Part shown: piece by piece, positions 1 to 10,611 of the stretch
Numbering within the stretch: the stretch's first letter is position 1
Layout: every line of letters starts with the position of its first letter
Virus record (IMG/VR): IMGVR_UViG_3300028559_000038
Location: 1,688 to 65,687 of that record
Strand: one strand, 5' to 3'
Origin: a virus
Lineage: Duplodnaviria > Caudoviricetes
Length of the DNA: 64,000 nt
Made by a program: the position numbers and the translations under genes
The notes under the pieces: model-generated
The model's input: only the letters and a program-made list of their open reading frames with translations
Told to the model about the DNA's origin: nothing
The model's database searches: none

Positions 1-117
1 ATCTTGATTTGCAAGGTATCCATTATTTATTTTTTCTGCTATCCCAGTAACATCAAATGCTGGCTTAGGAGCCGATGGAGTTTTAATCATTATCTGTTGT
101 AGTAAGTTTTTAGTCAT
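1..117 (-). CDS. N-terminal fragment of a gene running off the window edge (MTKNLLQQIMIKTPS...)
   Basis: ATG at 117-115 and an open frame to position 1; read by eye. Confidence 0.6.
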   Translation of the reverse strand, partial: MTKNLLQQIMIKTPSAPKPAFDVTGIAEKINNGYLANQD

Positions 118-151
118 AAGTCTCTTTTCGTTAGTTTATAGTGTATCAGAT

Positions 152-457
152 TTATCTAGTAATGTATTTTAACGCTGACACCAAATCGTTAACCGCTTCT
201 GCTGCTGTGTAATATATATTCTTTTTTGCTCTATTATTTTTATCTACATTCGCCATCCATGTTGCTTTTAAAGAAAGTTTAGCAGCGATAGCCTGAAGCC
301 TAACGATCTCAATAGTTGCTACAGCAATTGGAACATCTGGCTTTAAAATAAATTTAGCAATCATTTCTAACGAAGTTGTTAGTTCTTTATCATCCATAAA
401 CTCAGCAATTTCAGATAGTCCATTAATTGACTCAAGAGTTGTTTTGCTTGGTTCCAT
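152..457 (-). CDS. hypothetical phage protein
   Basis: ORF track 152..472; likely start ATG 457 (MEPSKTT) just after the upstream stop. Confidence 0.65.
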   Translation of the reverse strand: MEPSKTTLESINGLSEIAEFMDDKELTTSLEMIAKFILKPDVPIAVATIEIVRLQAIAAKLSLKATWMANVDKNNRAKKNIYYTAAEAVNDLVSALKYITR

Positions 458-458
458 T

Positions 459-1112
459 TTATTTCCCTTCAAGTTGTTTTAATTGATTAAAAAATTTTTC
501 TCGATAATCTTTCATTCTAGGAATATTTTTATGTTTTTCAATAATTAAATCTCTTTCTTCCTGCCCCATTGGATTATCAATGTATGGTTGATGATCAAAC
601 TTATTGGAAAAATGAAACACAATTACTTCACAGCGATCATTTTCTTTTAAAAGAACTGGCTCTCTCCAATGTATTCTTTCTGCAGCCTCAAACACAAGAA
701 CATCGTTATTATTTAGAATAAAGTTATTGTCTTCAACAACAATGGCCCAATCTATATTGCTAGACATTTGATAATCAATACTTACTTTTGTATAATAGTT
801 TTCAACATCTAAATGTGGTGGCAGGTTTGGGGAAGCACCCTCTCCATACTTACCAAAATAATCTAAATATTGATAATGGGTTAGTTCTAAATCTGGATCA
901 TCTACAAATTGTTTTGCAGTGTTTAATAATTTTTCCTTAATTTCTTCTGGAACTAAAAATTCTATTTGTTCTCTAGACATAGATTTTATTATCATTGGTG
1001 CAAATCTACTAGAGCCTCTTTCCAACTTTCTATTTTGCTCTACCAAATTTCTTAAAACGTCTTCTTCGTTTTTTGTAAAAAAGTTTTTAAGTACTTCAAT
1101 TTTAGTTTTCAT
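459..1112 (-). CDS. 2OG-Fe(II) oxygenase-like protein
   Basis: LPPHLD (HxD) and distal HWRE; paralogous to both halves of 1412..2740 and to 59600..60322. Confidence 0.7.
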   Translation of the reverse strand: MKTKIEVLKNFFTKNEEDVLRNLVEQNRKLERGSSRFAPMIIKSMSREQIEFLVPEEIKEKLLNTAKQFVDDPDLELTHYQYLDYFGKYGEGASPNLPPHLDVENYYTKVSIDYQMSSNIDWAIVVEDNNFILNNNDVLVFEAAERIHWREPVLLKENDRCEVIVFHFSNKFDHQPYIDNPMGQEERDLIIEKHKNIPRMKDYREKFFNQLKQLEGK

Positions 1113-1120
1113 ATTTATAA

Positions 1121-1411
1121 TTATACTCCATTCACTAAATCTTCAATTACGGAAAACTCCGAAACAAAAAGCCTCACCTTTTTGCCACCAGTTCCCAACA
1201 CCACTATTAATGCTGGAGATTTATCTATTCCCGACTTGATTGCATCAGTTGTTATTTTTGCCCAAACCTTTTCATTTAAAGTGTAAGACTTAGATGCTTC
1301 TTTTATGTCAACTATAAAATTCCCCCAAGTTGCATCCCCCTTTTTGTTATTTCTTCCAGAGTTTTTATGGGCAGTCGCTTTTATTTTTTTTATTTCTGAT
1401 CTTTCACTCAT
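1121..1411 (-). CDS. PD-(D/E)XK nuclease, Holliday junction resolvase-like
   Basis: HKNSGR...GD...VDIK motif pattern; located in the recombination module. Confidence 0.6.
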   Translation of the reverse strand: MSERSEIKKIKATAHKNSGRNNKKGDATWGNFIVDIKEASKSYTLNEKVWAKITTDAIKSGIDKSPALIVVLGTGGKKVRLFVSEFSVIEDLVNGV

Positions 1412-2740
1412 TTAGTAACTGTCGCTTTCGCTAAGTCTATCTGTCATTTTTTTTAACCAAGAAATAATATTTTTATACTGAGAAATAGTATCCATTAATT
1501 TTACAGCATATCCATTAGAATATTGAGCCATTTTGCTTTCTATTTGAACCTTTTCTTGCAAAGATATTGGTTTTTTATTTTTTAAAGAAAAATGACAAAA
1601 TAGCATTTCTACAAAATCTTGTTTTTCAAATTCGACATACTCTCTCCAATGTATTTGATGGGTTCCGGAAAACGTTAACCCTTCGTTATTGTTTAGAATA
1701 AACCTACTGTCTTCAACAACAATTGGCCACCTTATACTTGACCTTAACTGAATGTCAAGAGTTAGTCTTTGTTCAATAAAGGTGTTATCGTAATGTGGAG
1801 TTAAATTTGGACGCTCTCCATACTCTATAGAATATCTTGCAAAAGACATTCCTTCTAAAGTTAACTCTTCACCATATTCTTTTTCTGCAATAAACTTAAC
1901 TTTTTGAATAATGTTTTCTGGAAATTGCGTAAACAACCAAACTTTTTGAGCATAAAGAGGAACTATTGTGGTATTTTCTGATTGATTATAATTAATTAAA
2001 CTATAAATTTCTTCTGTTTCTTTTTCTGTAAAAATATCTTTGCATACAGAATTTTTCATTAACCCTTCTCTTATTGTGATGCCGTATGGAATTTCTAAGT
2101 TAGAGATTTTAGTCTCATTTAATAAAACCTCTTCTCTAGTTTTCATTATTAACGAATGATCGCTAGACAATACTTTTTTTTCTTTGTGGGATAGCCATAC
2201 AAAAATCATATCAATTTGTGCATTTGGGGATAATTTTTTCTTTTCTCTCCAGTGCATTTGCTGTGTTCCAGAAAAAAGAATTGCTTGATTATCTTCTAAA
2301 TTATATTTTTTCCCTTCAACAATAATTCCCCACTCTTCATTTGATTTTAATTGCAAATCAAAAACAAACATTTCGCATGGTCTTGTGTCATAGTGTGGAA
2401 ATAGTTTAACATCGTATCCAAATTCTGGAGAATACCTAACTATAGAAACGTATTCTATTTCTAATTCTTCTTTAGACATTTTGTTTGCTTCTGATAATAT
2501 TTTTTCTTTAATGTCATCTGAAAGGGAGACGGTGTCATAACATCCTTGCCCTCCCCACTTCTGAATTCTTATTTTTTCTTTTGGGTATGAGTCTATCATT
2601 GAATAAATTTCTTCTGTTTGTTCTTTGGTTAAAACATTACTTGAAAATTGTGGTATAAAGTTTTGATCATGCACTTCTGGCTGGCTTTTTCTTAACTTCT
2701 CATACTCTGGAAAACTTTCTAATTCTGGAAAACTATTCAT
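1412..2740 (-). CDS. tandem two-domain 2OG-Fe(II) oxygenase-like protein
   Basis: Two copies of RYS...PHYD...DxQL...FSGTxQxHWRE. Confidence 0.75.
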   Translation of the reverse strand: MNSFPELESFPEYEKLRKSQPEVHDQNFIPQFSSNVLTKEQTEEIYSMIDSYPKEKIRIQKWGGQGCYDTVSLSDDIKEKILSEANKMSKEELEIEYVSIVRYSPEFGYDVKLFPHYDTRPCEMFVFDLQLKSNEEWGIIVEGKKYNLEDNQAILFSGTQQMHWREKKKLSPNAQIDMIFVWLSHKEKKVLSSDHSLIMKTREEVLLNETKISNLEIPYGITIREGLMKNSVCKDIFTEKETEEIYSLINYNQSENTTIVPLYAQKVWLFTQFPENIIQKVKFIAEKEYGEELTLEGMSFARYSIEYGERPNLTPHYDNTFIEQRLTLDIQLRSSIRWPIVVEDSRFILNNNEGLTFSGTHQIHWREYVEFEKQDFVEMLFCHFSLKNKKPISLQEKVQIESKMAQYSNGYAVKLMDTISQYKNIISWLKKMTDRLSESDSY

Positions 2741-2747
2741 ATATATA

Positions 2748-2927
2748 TTATACCCTACCCCTTTTAGTATAACTTGTTTGCTTTACAAGTGTTATTTTTG
2801 ATATATGTTTATTAGTACACATCCAAGTGCAATCTGTTGTTTTGATCCATAGCCTCATAGTTAAAACCTCTTCTTTGCAAGTATGACAAGGAAATTTTCC
2901 TGGATAAATAGAATATTCTTTATCCAA
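2748..2927 (-). CDS. small zinc-ribbon-like protein (59 aa, not in ORF track)
   Basis: TTG start overlapping the recA end; MDKEYSIYPGKFPCHTC...WMCTNKH. Confidence 0.55.
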   Translation of the reverse strand: MDKEYSIYPGKFPCHTCKEEVLTMRLWIKTTDCTWMCTNKHISKITLVKQTSYTKRGRV

Positions 2928-3936
2928 ACTTTATTACCTTATCTAAAATATCTGAAAACAATTTTTTGTCTTCTCTTACTTTATTTATAAAGCCATCTCT
3001 TCCTTGAACCTTTGTTTCATCTGGAAGTATATACCAGGCGCCAGTCCTATTTACAATGCCCATTAGTTCTGCTGTATCTACTAGGTCGGCGATTGTATCA
3101 ATTCCAGTTTTTTCCCCTCTAAAATAAAAATCATACTCTCCAGATTGAAACCCTGGAGATGTCTTTGAAAATTGCAAATCCCATCTAATCTTTCTACCAA
3201 TTTTTTCTTCTATTAATTTATCACCAATATTAATTTTACCCTTTATGGCCTGATTGTCTGATTCTGAAGAAAATAATTTAATAACGCAAGAAGAGTAAAA
3301 CTTTGTAGCCTGACCACCAGATGGTTGCTGACTAGTATACATAGCATTAATATTATTTCTAGATTGAGAAATTAAAATAAACAATGTTGGTTTAACTTTA
3401 TTGTTTGCATAATTAATCATTTTCCATGCGTTACTAAAATCACGAGACTCCGCTCCTATTTGTTTTGTATTTTCTAGTTGCTTCAACTCGTCTGAATCTT
3501 TTTCAAAATAAATTGCCGGAAGCAGTGAAGTTATTGAATCAACAACAACTAAATCTACGCCAGCATTAATTAAATTAGTTCCAACATCAACCATTTCATT
3601 AATAGTTCTTGCTTGTGAATAAATTAATTTAGATGAATCGACTCCAAGTTTTTTTGCCCACTCTTCTGAGTATGACATTTCTGCATCTATCCAAGCACAA
3701 ACCTTTCCTTCTTGTTGAGCAAGTGCAATTGTTTGCAAACACAAAGATGACTTAGCGCTTGATTTACTTCCCCATATTAAAACTTGACGTCCATATGGAA
3801 GTCCACCATTTAATGCTTTGTTGAGTCCATGGCTTGGGGTTGGCTGGTACTCTACACTGATGCCCTCTCCGTTTGTTAAATTTTTTCTAATTCTTGGATC
3901 AAGTTGTGCTAACACATCTTCTGTAGTCATTGTCAT
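2920..3936 (-). CDS. recA: RecA-like recombinase
   Basis: GGLPYGR, Walker A-like GSKSSAKS, WIDAE, VVVDS, GGQATKFY, GAWY. Confidence 0.9.
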   Translation of the reverse strand: MTMTTEDVLAQLDPRIRKNLTNGEGISVEYQPTPSHGLNKALNGGLPYGRQVLIWGSKSSAKSSLCLQTIALAQQEGKVCAWIDAEMSYSEEWAKKLGVDSSKLIYSQARTINEMVDVGTNLINAGVDLVVVDSITSLLPAIYFEKDSDELKQLENTKQIGAESRDFSNAWKMINYANNKVKPTLFILISQSRNNINAMYTSQQPSGGQATKFYSSCVIKLFSSESDNQAIKGKINIGDKLIEEKIGRKIRWDLQFSKTSPGFQSGEYDFYFRGEKTGIDTIADLVDTAELMGIVNRTGAWYILPDETKVQGRDGFINKVREDKKLFSDILDKVIKFG

Positions 3937-3949
3937 ATTATTTTCCCCC

Positions 3950-6900
3950 TTATTTTATTAAAATATCTTCTAAAATTGTTGTACCATCTTTTGTTTCTCC
4001 AAGAGAAAAATTATAAAAATTTCCCTCCTTTACGTTCATATAGGCTTTTGCAAAAGAAGTAGGAAAAACTAAAACAGATTTTAACTCTCTAGAAGTATTA
4101 GCCAATGTCATTGACGCCATCTTTTTTCCAGTCTTGGTTACCCTTGGTTTAAAGGCTACAACAAACATTTCGTTTTCACTGTAGGGTAACTGTTTATAAC
4201 TCAAAAATTTTACCAAAGCACTATCTGATTTTTTTATTTCTTCAATAGGAACTGCAGATATAATCCTGTTATCACTACTAAGGATAAGGTAAGTACGACC
4301 CGCCTCAATAACTGTATTTTCATCATCAAATATACCGACACTGCCACTTTTGTCCAAAATTTCAACTCTTGACCAACCCTTTCCTCGTTTAATTGATTTT
4401 ATCATACCCATTAAAATAAAAGATCCTTTTTCTTCAAAATCAGAAACACTATTTATAAAAGCGTGATAGTGAGATGGAACAGAAATATTAAATTCTGGTA
4501 AATTTAAATATTCGTATAAATTTTCTTTTATTTCATTATCGTTTCTTGGATTGTCCGCAAAGGTTAAGGCTCCTATTAAATTCATTGAAGATAAAGCACG
4601 ACTGTTAACTCCGTTACCTTTTGTAAATGTAAAATCCTCAACATCTTTATAATTTTTAAATGGTCTAGAAGATATATATCTATCTGCTATTTTATCCGAT
4701 ATATATTTGATTGCGGTTAACCCAAATCTAATTCCCTTTCCTTCAATTTGGAAATCTTTGCCAGAATCATTAATGTGTGGAAGTTTAATGGGAATGCCCA
4801 TGCGTTTTGCTTCAATTAAATATTCAGTTCTATTGTCTGGATTTTTTTCATTTTTTAATAAAGCAAACATAAATTCAAGAGGGTAATAATATTTTAACCA
4901 CGCCGTCCAATACGAGAGAGTAGAGTAAGCAACTGCGTGACTTTTGTTAAATGAGTATCCTGCGTGCTCTTCGAAGTCTTCCCAAAGATCTTTTGCTTGA
5001 TTAGGAGATATGTAATTCGATGCCCCAGATATAAACCTATCTTGAAAAATACTGAATTCTTTTGCATCTTTTTTCTTTCCAATTATTTTCCTAACCTGAT
5101 CTGCTTCAGACCATGACATTCCACCAAGATGTACGCAAGCCTGCATAACCTGCTCTTGATAAAGAATGCATCCATACGTCTCCTCTGTAAATGGTTTTAA
5201 TACTTGATTTAAATATGATACAGCCTGTTTTCCATGTTTCCTAGCAATATAGTCTTTTCCAATAGTATTCATTGCTCCTGGTCTAACTAAAGCATTAGAG
5301 GCAACTAATTCTTTAAAGTTTTTTACCCCCATTTTTACCAATAAACTTGTGTATGGGGTAGCCTCACATTGAAAAACTCCTTTTGTATGACCATCTGATA
5401 ACATTTCATAAACTTTTTCATCCGCCATGTCTATACCTAATGGATCAATCTTAACAAAATGATTTTTTTCAATTACGTCTATTGCATCCCTAACAACGCT
5501 TAATGTTTTTAATCCAAGAGCGTCAATTTTTATTAGACCAATCTTTGCAGCCTCTTCCATATCAACTGCAACAACTGGTATTCTTTGATCTAGTCCAGGA
5601 GAAGATCTAGTTTCCATTGGAGCATATTTAAAAATTGGATTTTTACTTGTGACAATTCCTGCAGCATGTATTCCAGTTCCTCTAATTCGGCCACGGAGTT
5701 GTTCTCCTAGTTTTTCAACCTCTGGATACTTTTCTTTAAACCAATTAGTTGACTTTGAAAAGCAATACTCTTCCCAGGTGTCTACTAACTTTAAAACCTT
5801 GTTAACATCTGTCAGCGGAATGTTTAATGCTCTTGCAACATCTCTAACAACACCCTTATCTTTAAATTGAAGGAATGTGGTAATAGACGCTACGTGTCTA
5901 TATTGTCTAACCAAATAATCTTTTACTTCGTCTCTTCTAGTATCCTGAATGTCTGTATCAATATCGGGAAAGTCATTGCGTTCTGGATTTATGAAACGAA
6001 AAAACAATAGATCGTGCTCTATTGGATCAATATCTGTAATGCCAAGAAGGTAACAAACTAAAGATCCCGCAGAAGATCCTCGTCCTGGACCAACCATAAT
6101 GTTTTCTTTTTTAGCCCAAGCAATCATGTTTTGAACTACAAGGAAATATGGCGCAAACTTTTTGTTACGAATAACCTCTAACTCTTCTTGAAGTCTTTGT
6201 TCATAGATATCATTTCCAAGCCAATTATCAGTAAGTCGTTTTTCCTCAAGCCCTGTAAATGCTAAGTTTGCTAACTCTTGATCTGGATCTTTGTATTGGA
6301 CTGGCAATAAATTTAAATCCTCTTTAATGTTATATTTTTGAATTTTATTAGATAGTTCTAGAGTGTTCTCATATATATCTTCTCTATATATATCCTGTTT
6401 TAACATGGCTTCTTTAATTTCATCATAAGACAAAAGATGAATGTCAAATTTATTAAAACTCATCATTCTTTCTTTTCCATATAGATAATCTAACCTTGAC
6501 ATAATGCTATTGTATTTTTTTGATTTTTCATATGTTACATTTTTTTCTAATTTGGCATGAGTATTCAAAATTAACATTAATTCCTGTATTTCTTTTTGAT
6601 CATCGCAACTATGATGACAGTCTGGAGTAACGACTGCTTTTACTTTATATTCGTCTGCTAAATCAAGCAAAGCAATATTAACTTGGGCTGGGTTGTGTGG
6701 CATGACCTCAATATAGTAATCATCTTTAAATACTTTTTTAAACCAACTTATTTTTTCTTTTGCAACTGCATAATTTTCTGTTTCAACTGCCTTAGTTACA
6801 ATTCCGCTCAAGCAGGCAGAGGTAACAATAATTCCTTCACTATACTTTTCTAATGTTTCAAAATCAAACCTTGGCTTTCTAAAATACCCCTCTGTCCAAG

Positions 6901-7237
6901 CAATTTCGTTTATTTTATTTAAATTTTCCAAACCTACTTCATTCTTTGCAAGAAGAACTATATGATTATAAACTGAATCTAGTGGCTCTGTTCTTTCTGC
7001 TCTTTCTCTTTTATCAAACCTATCATTTGTCATGTACCCCTCTATACCTAGAATTGGCTTAATACCCCTTTTTTCTGCTTCACGAGCAAACTCTCTGTGA
7101 CCAGATAAGGTTCCATGGTCTGTAATCGCTAGAGAGGACATCCCTAGCGATACAGCACGGTCTAAATATTCTATTGGGGTTGCGACCCCATCCATTAAAG
7201 AGTAATGAGTATGTACATGTAATGCGCTATAACTCAT
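3950..7237 (-). CDS. dnaE: DNA polymerase III alpha subunit (family C)
   Basis: PHP motifs HVHTHYS and TDHG, GRGSSAGS, PDIDTD, HAAG, GYSFNKSH; likely start MSYSALHVH at 7237. Confidence 0.95.
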   Translation of the reverse strand: MSYSALHVHTHYSLMDGVATPIEYLDRAVSLGMSSLAITDHGTLSGHREFAREAEKRGIKPILGIEGYMTNDRFDKRERAERTEPLDSVYNHIVLLAKNEVGLENLNKINEIAWTEGYFRKPRFDFETLEKYSEGIIVTSACLSGIVTKAVETENYAVAKEKISWFKKVFKDDYYIEVMPHNPAQVNIALLDLADEYKVKAVVTPDCHHSCDDQKEIQELMLILNTHAKLEKNVTYEKSKKYNSIMSRLDYLYGKERMMSFNKFDIHLLSYDEIKEAMLKQDIYREDIYENTLELSNKIQKYNIKEDLNLLPVQYKDPDQELANLAFTGLEEKRLTDNWLGNDIYEQRLQEELEVIRNKKFAPYFLVVQNMIAWAKKENIMVGPGRGSSAGSLVCYLLGITDIDPIEHDLLFFRFINPERNDFPDIDTDIQDTRRDEVKDYLVRQYRHVASITTFLQFKDKGVVRDVARALNIPLTDVNKVLKLVDTWEEYCFSKSTNWFKEKYPEVEKLGEQLRGRIRGTGIHAAGIVTSKNPIFKYAPMETRSSPGLDQRIPVVAVDMEEAAKIGLIKIDALGLKTLSVVRDAIDVIEKNHFVKIDPLGIDMADEKVYEMLSDGHTKGVFQCEATPYTSLLVKMGVKNFKELVASNALVRPGAMNTIGKDYIARKHGKQAVSYLNQVLKPFTEETYGCILYQEQVMQACVHLGGMSWSEADQVRKIIGKKKDAKEFSIFQDRFISGASNYISPNQAKDLWEDFEEHAGYSFNKSHAVAYSTLSYWTAWLKYYYPLEFMFALLKNEKNPDNRTEYLIEAKRMGIPIKLPHINDSGKDFQIEGKGIRFGLTAIKYISDKIADRYISSRPFKNYKDVEDFTFTKGNGVNSRALSSMNLIGALTFADNPRNDNEIKENLYEYLNLPEFNISVPSHYHAFINSVSDFEEKGSFILMGMIKSIKRGKGWSRVEILDKSGSVGIFDDENTVIEAGRTYLILSSDNRIISAVPIEEIKKSDSALVKFLSYKQLPYSENEMFVVAFKPRVTKTGKKMASMTLANTSRELKSVLVFPTSFAKAYMNVKEGNFYNFSLGETKDGTTILEDILIK

Positions 7238-7238
7238 A

Positions 7239-7889
7239 CTACCAATCAGTATTGGTTGCTGAGGTAGGTGATTGAGTGTCAAATCCAAGATAAAAGTTTT
7301 CTTGTTCTGCATATGGCACTCTACGTAAAGCCAACTCTAATGGGTATGGCGCAATGCCTTCCCAACTGTATGGCTCTTTGTCTGGAGCAGATGGAATCAT
7401 TGTATAACTAGTTTCCAAACTCTGTCCATTTCTTTTTAACTTCCAAGATACGTTTGAGATGCTTCCAGTTTCTAGAGCATATTCACGAATTGTATCAAAG
7501 GATGATTGTTTGCTAACACCCATTGACCAGATAGCCACGTATGGAGTTTCAATTCCGTCATCTACTAAAACATTGCAATAAAAACGAAGTCTTGCTCTCC
7601 AGCCAGCCTTCGGATCTTTTTTATGCATTTCTTCTGCCCAGTCACGGCCTTCGGAATCCATAGTATCTATTGCTTTGCGCTTATAGTCTTTTGGATTGAC
7701 ATGCTCTTTTACGACAAGAGCAAGCCCACGATCTGGACTGTAATTTGCAGAGTCTTCATCTAACTCTTCGATAAACCTTATTTTTACTGACTGACCATCT
7801 GCAAGTTTTAGCCAACGAACCTTTGGTGAATCTGACTTCGGCTTATCAAGCAGTGCGTTTATATTTTTTAAACCTTTAACAACGCTCAC
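7239..7889 (-). CDS. single-stranded DNA-binding protein (gp32-like)
   Basis: WLKLADGQSVKIRF, KRNG...TSY, C-terminal DW; lies between primase and polymerase. Confidence 0.65.
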   Translation of the reverse strand: MSVVKGLKNINALLDKPKSDSPKVRWLKLADGQSVKIRFIEELDEDSANYSPDRGLALVVKEHVNPKDYKRKAIDTMDSEGRDWAEEMHKKDPKAGWRARLRFYCNVLVDDGIETPYVAIWSMGVSKQSSFDTIREYALETGSISNVSWKLKRNGQSLETSYTMIPSAPDKEPYSWEGIAPYPLELALRRVPYAEQENFYLGFDTQSPTSATNTDW

Positions 7890-7918
7890 GTATTTTCTCC
7901 TTTTAAGTGTTTGTCTAT

Positions 7919-8860
7919 TTATTCTAGCATAAGAGATATGGTTTTGTCAAACTGGAAGTCTAAGTTCCTGATTGCAGCATCGTCCATATCTCCTATGTCT
8001 TTATATTCTATATTAAGTTGTATAACAGAAACACGAGATTTTAATTTTTCAATTATTTTATCTTTCATGTTTCCTCCTGCCTCATCGTTATCTGCAATAA
8101 CAATAATGTTATTGAAATATCTTTGAAGCAATTCTATTTGTGTGTTTGACACATTAGCCCCCAACGTTGCTACTGCCGAAAATCCAACTTGATCCAACCT
8201 TATAGCATCAAATGATGATTCAACAACGTAAACTTTACTAGAGGTTTTTACCCTATGTAAATTAAAAAGAATTTTAGATTTTGGTAATCCTGGGGTGTTT
8301 TTAAATTCTTTTCCTTCTATAGATCTTCCAACAAATCCTACTAAAATTCCATCTGGAGAATGTATTGGAATCGTTGTCATGTCTTGTTTTTCTGAATAAC
8401 CTAGACCGAATTTAACAACTGACTCCTTTGTAACTCTTCTTCTTTCATAGTAAGACATCGCTCTTGGTGAGCCTAGTGCATTAGTGTTTAATCTTTTAGT
8501 TATCAACTCGTCAAACATTTTATATTCTGGAACATCTATCAACGATTTATTTATCTCTTTTTCAATATCAATATTTTTTCCCTTACTAGATATAAATCTA
8601 AGGGATTCAAAATATGTTCTATTGGTAAACTCTTTAATAAAAGAAACTAGATCCCTTGTTGTATGACATGAAAAACACAAAAAAGTTCCTTTTGTTTTTG
8701 AAACCTCTCCTGCTGGAGTTCTAAAGTTATTGTGATATGGACAAAAAATAATAAAATCCGTATCTAATTCTTTTTCTATATTAACTCCAGCCCCGTCTAA
8801 AACTCTACGAACCTGATCTGCGTTGTACAGGCTTGAGCCATAACTTTTATTTTTTGACAT
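7919..8860 (-). CDS. dnaG: DNA primase (CHC2 zinc finger + TOPRIM)
   Basis: CPYH...CFSC; VVES.FD; ADNDEAG. Confidence 0.9.
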   Translation of the reverse strand: MSKNKSYGSSLYNADQVRRVLDGAGVNIEKELDTDFIIFCPYHNNFRTPAGEVSKTKGTFLCFSCHTTRDLVSFIKEFTNRTYFESLRFISSKGKNIDIEKEINKSLIDVPEYKMFDELITKRLNTNALGSPRAMSYYERRRVTKESVVKFGLGYSEKQDMTTIPIHSPDGILVGFVGRSIEGKEFKNTPGLPKSKILFNLHRVKTSSKVYVVESSFDAIRLDQVGFSAVATLGANVSNTQIELLQRYFNNIIVIADNDEAGGNMKDKIIEKLKSRVSVIQLNIEYKDIGDMDDAAIRNLDFQFDKTISLMLE

Positions 8861-10079
8861 TTAAATCCTCAAAATCTTTATATCTATAACGTCCTTTATC
8901 GAAATCTGCTTGAACTAAAAAATCTCCCATAAATCCATTACGATTTTTTCTAAATACGCATTCAATGGTATCACTATTTGATTCTCTTCCCAAAGCCAAC
9001 ACCCAATCTGCATCATATGCAATTTGTCTTGACCAGGCTGTCTGCCCTAGGGTTGGGACTGTACTTAAATTAGTAACATCGTCTGGAGTGGCTGAAGAGA
9101 TAGCGATAATTGGAACATCTTCCCCAATAGCCATTAATTTAAGTTCTCTAGAAAGATTTTTCATTCTTACTGTTTCGTTTTCTGACTTTTGATTAGGAGA
9201 CATTAATTGTAAGTAATCTACAATAACAAAGTCTGGTCTATACTGATCAATTTTTCCACGTACCACAGAAGGGTTTATTTCTCCACCGCTGTCATTTGAG
9301 ATGATGTGAAACTCGGGTCTCCCGCTTAAATTTTTTGCATGCCAAGACTTAAGCATGTCTAATTCTATTTCTCCATTACTAATTTTTCTGTGTGACCATA
9401 AACCTTCGCCCATAATTGTAAGCACACGATTTCTAACTTCTACTTCTGACATTTCAAGGCTTATTACCATAGGACTCTTACCTTGCTTCCAAGCCTGCAC
9501 TGCAAAGTATAATGCTAACCAAGACTTTCCAATTCCTGGATATGCGAGGAATACTCCTAGTTGCCCTGGCATAATTCCAGATGGAAGGTAGTTATCAAAA
9601 CCTGGCAGACCTGTTTTTATTCCAAGACTTCCAGCATCTTTCATTGTTTGCATCTTTGTATAATAAGCAACTGCAGATTCTAAATCTGTTGCATCAATGT
9701 CTCTAATTGCTGCCGTATTCTTTTTTAGTTCAGAGGTTTTATTAATTATTTCATTTAAGGCAATTTCTCCATTTCCAGACTGCACTTCTGAAGCAGCCGA
9801 CCTCAATATACCCTTGAGGCTATCAGTTAAGTATTCAGACTGTAACTCTTCTAAATGATATTTTGTTGCTCCAGTATTTTCTACAAATTGAAAATCTCTA
9901 AATTTATCTACAATAAGTGATTGTGGCGGAACCGAATTATTGGCCTCATAATATTTTCTAATAAATATCCAAAGGTCTGTATGGGTCTTCAATAAATTCT
10001 CAACGTTGGCCTGTAATAAAACATGCATTTGTTTATCACTAAGTAGTGCAGATATTAATTTAGACTCTGTGTTATTCAC
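8847..10079 (-). CDS. dnaB: DnaB-like replicative helicase
   Basis: AYPGIGKS, SLEM, VDYLQLM, KNRNG. Confidence 0.92.
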   Translation of the reverse strand: MNNTESKLISALLSDKQMHVLLQANVENLLKTHTDLWIFIRKYYEANNSVPPQSLIVDKFRDFQFVENTGATKYHLEELQSEYLTDSLKGILRSAASEVQSGNGEIALNEIINKTSELKKNTAAIRDIDATDLESAVAYYTKMQTMKDAGSLGIKTGLPGFDNYLPSGIMPGQLGVFLAYPGIGKSWLALYFAVQAWKQGKSPMVISLEMSEVEVRNRVLTIMGEGLWSHRKISNGEIELDMLKSWHAKNLSGRPEFHIISNDSGGEINPSVVRGKIDQYRPDFVIVDYLQLMSPNQKSENETVRMKNLSRELKLMAIGEDVPIIAISSATPDDVTNLSTVPTLGQTAWSRQIAYDADWVLALGRESNSDTIECVFRKNRNGFMGDFLVQADFDKGRYRYKDFEDLNVKK

Positions 10080-10380
10080 TTAACCATTCCTTTGCTTTTT
10101 TCCTTCTTTCTAATCTTGCTTCATCGTCATGAATTTTATCTAATTTTGCCTGCAATATTTTTTCACAATTGTATGCAAAATAATTCCAAGAGGGAGACAG
10201 GGAGTGAGTAAAATAGTACTCAAGCAACTCATAGCATTTTGCGATTCCGTAAGAATCTATTAAGGCATCAGATGCCCATTGTTCTACATTTAGGTTTAGA
10301 TTAGCCTTTTTTTCGTACCGAGCAGTATGAAACTTACTGTAACGACTTAACAAGGCCATTCGGTCCTTGCGCTCTGCCAC
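10072..10380 (-). CDS. hypothetical protein, translationally coupled to the helicase
   Basis: ORF track; overlaps the helicase start. Confidence 0.6.
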   Translation of the reverse strand: MAERKDRMALLSRYSKFHTARYEKKANLNLNVEQWASDALIDSYGIAKCYELLEYYFTHSLSPSWNYFAYNCEKILQAKLDKIHDDEARLERRKKAKEWLSE

Positions 10381-10595
10381 TATTCAGATATTTCTAATTT
10401 TGCTAACTTTGCCTCATTTAGTTTTTCGGCAAGTTTGTTTTCGACAAAATTATAAACTCTTTCAAATGCATCGTTTATATTTTCACCATCTTTTTTACTG
10501 TCTATTACGCCAAGATCTAATCTAAGAGATTGAAAATTTCCTAAATTATATGTATATCCCAATGTTACGTTTATTTTTGCTTGATCATTTTCCAT
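10380..10595 (-). CDS. hypothetical phage protein
   Basis: ORF with GGGAGA RBS; VTLGYTYNLGNFQSLRLD. Confidence 0.65.
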   Translation of the reverse strand: MENDQAKINVTLGYTYNLGNFQSLRLDLGVIDSKKDGENINDAFERVYNFVENKLAEKLNEAKLAKLEISE

Positions 10596-10611
10596 TGTTG
10601 TCTCCCAACAG

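Noticed and set aside
3950-7237. Inteins or introns in dnaE (also checked recA, dnaB, nrdJ)
   Set aside because: Lengths are normal and motifs continuous; no splicing motifs seen
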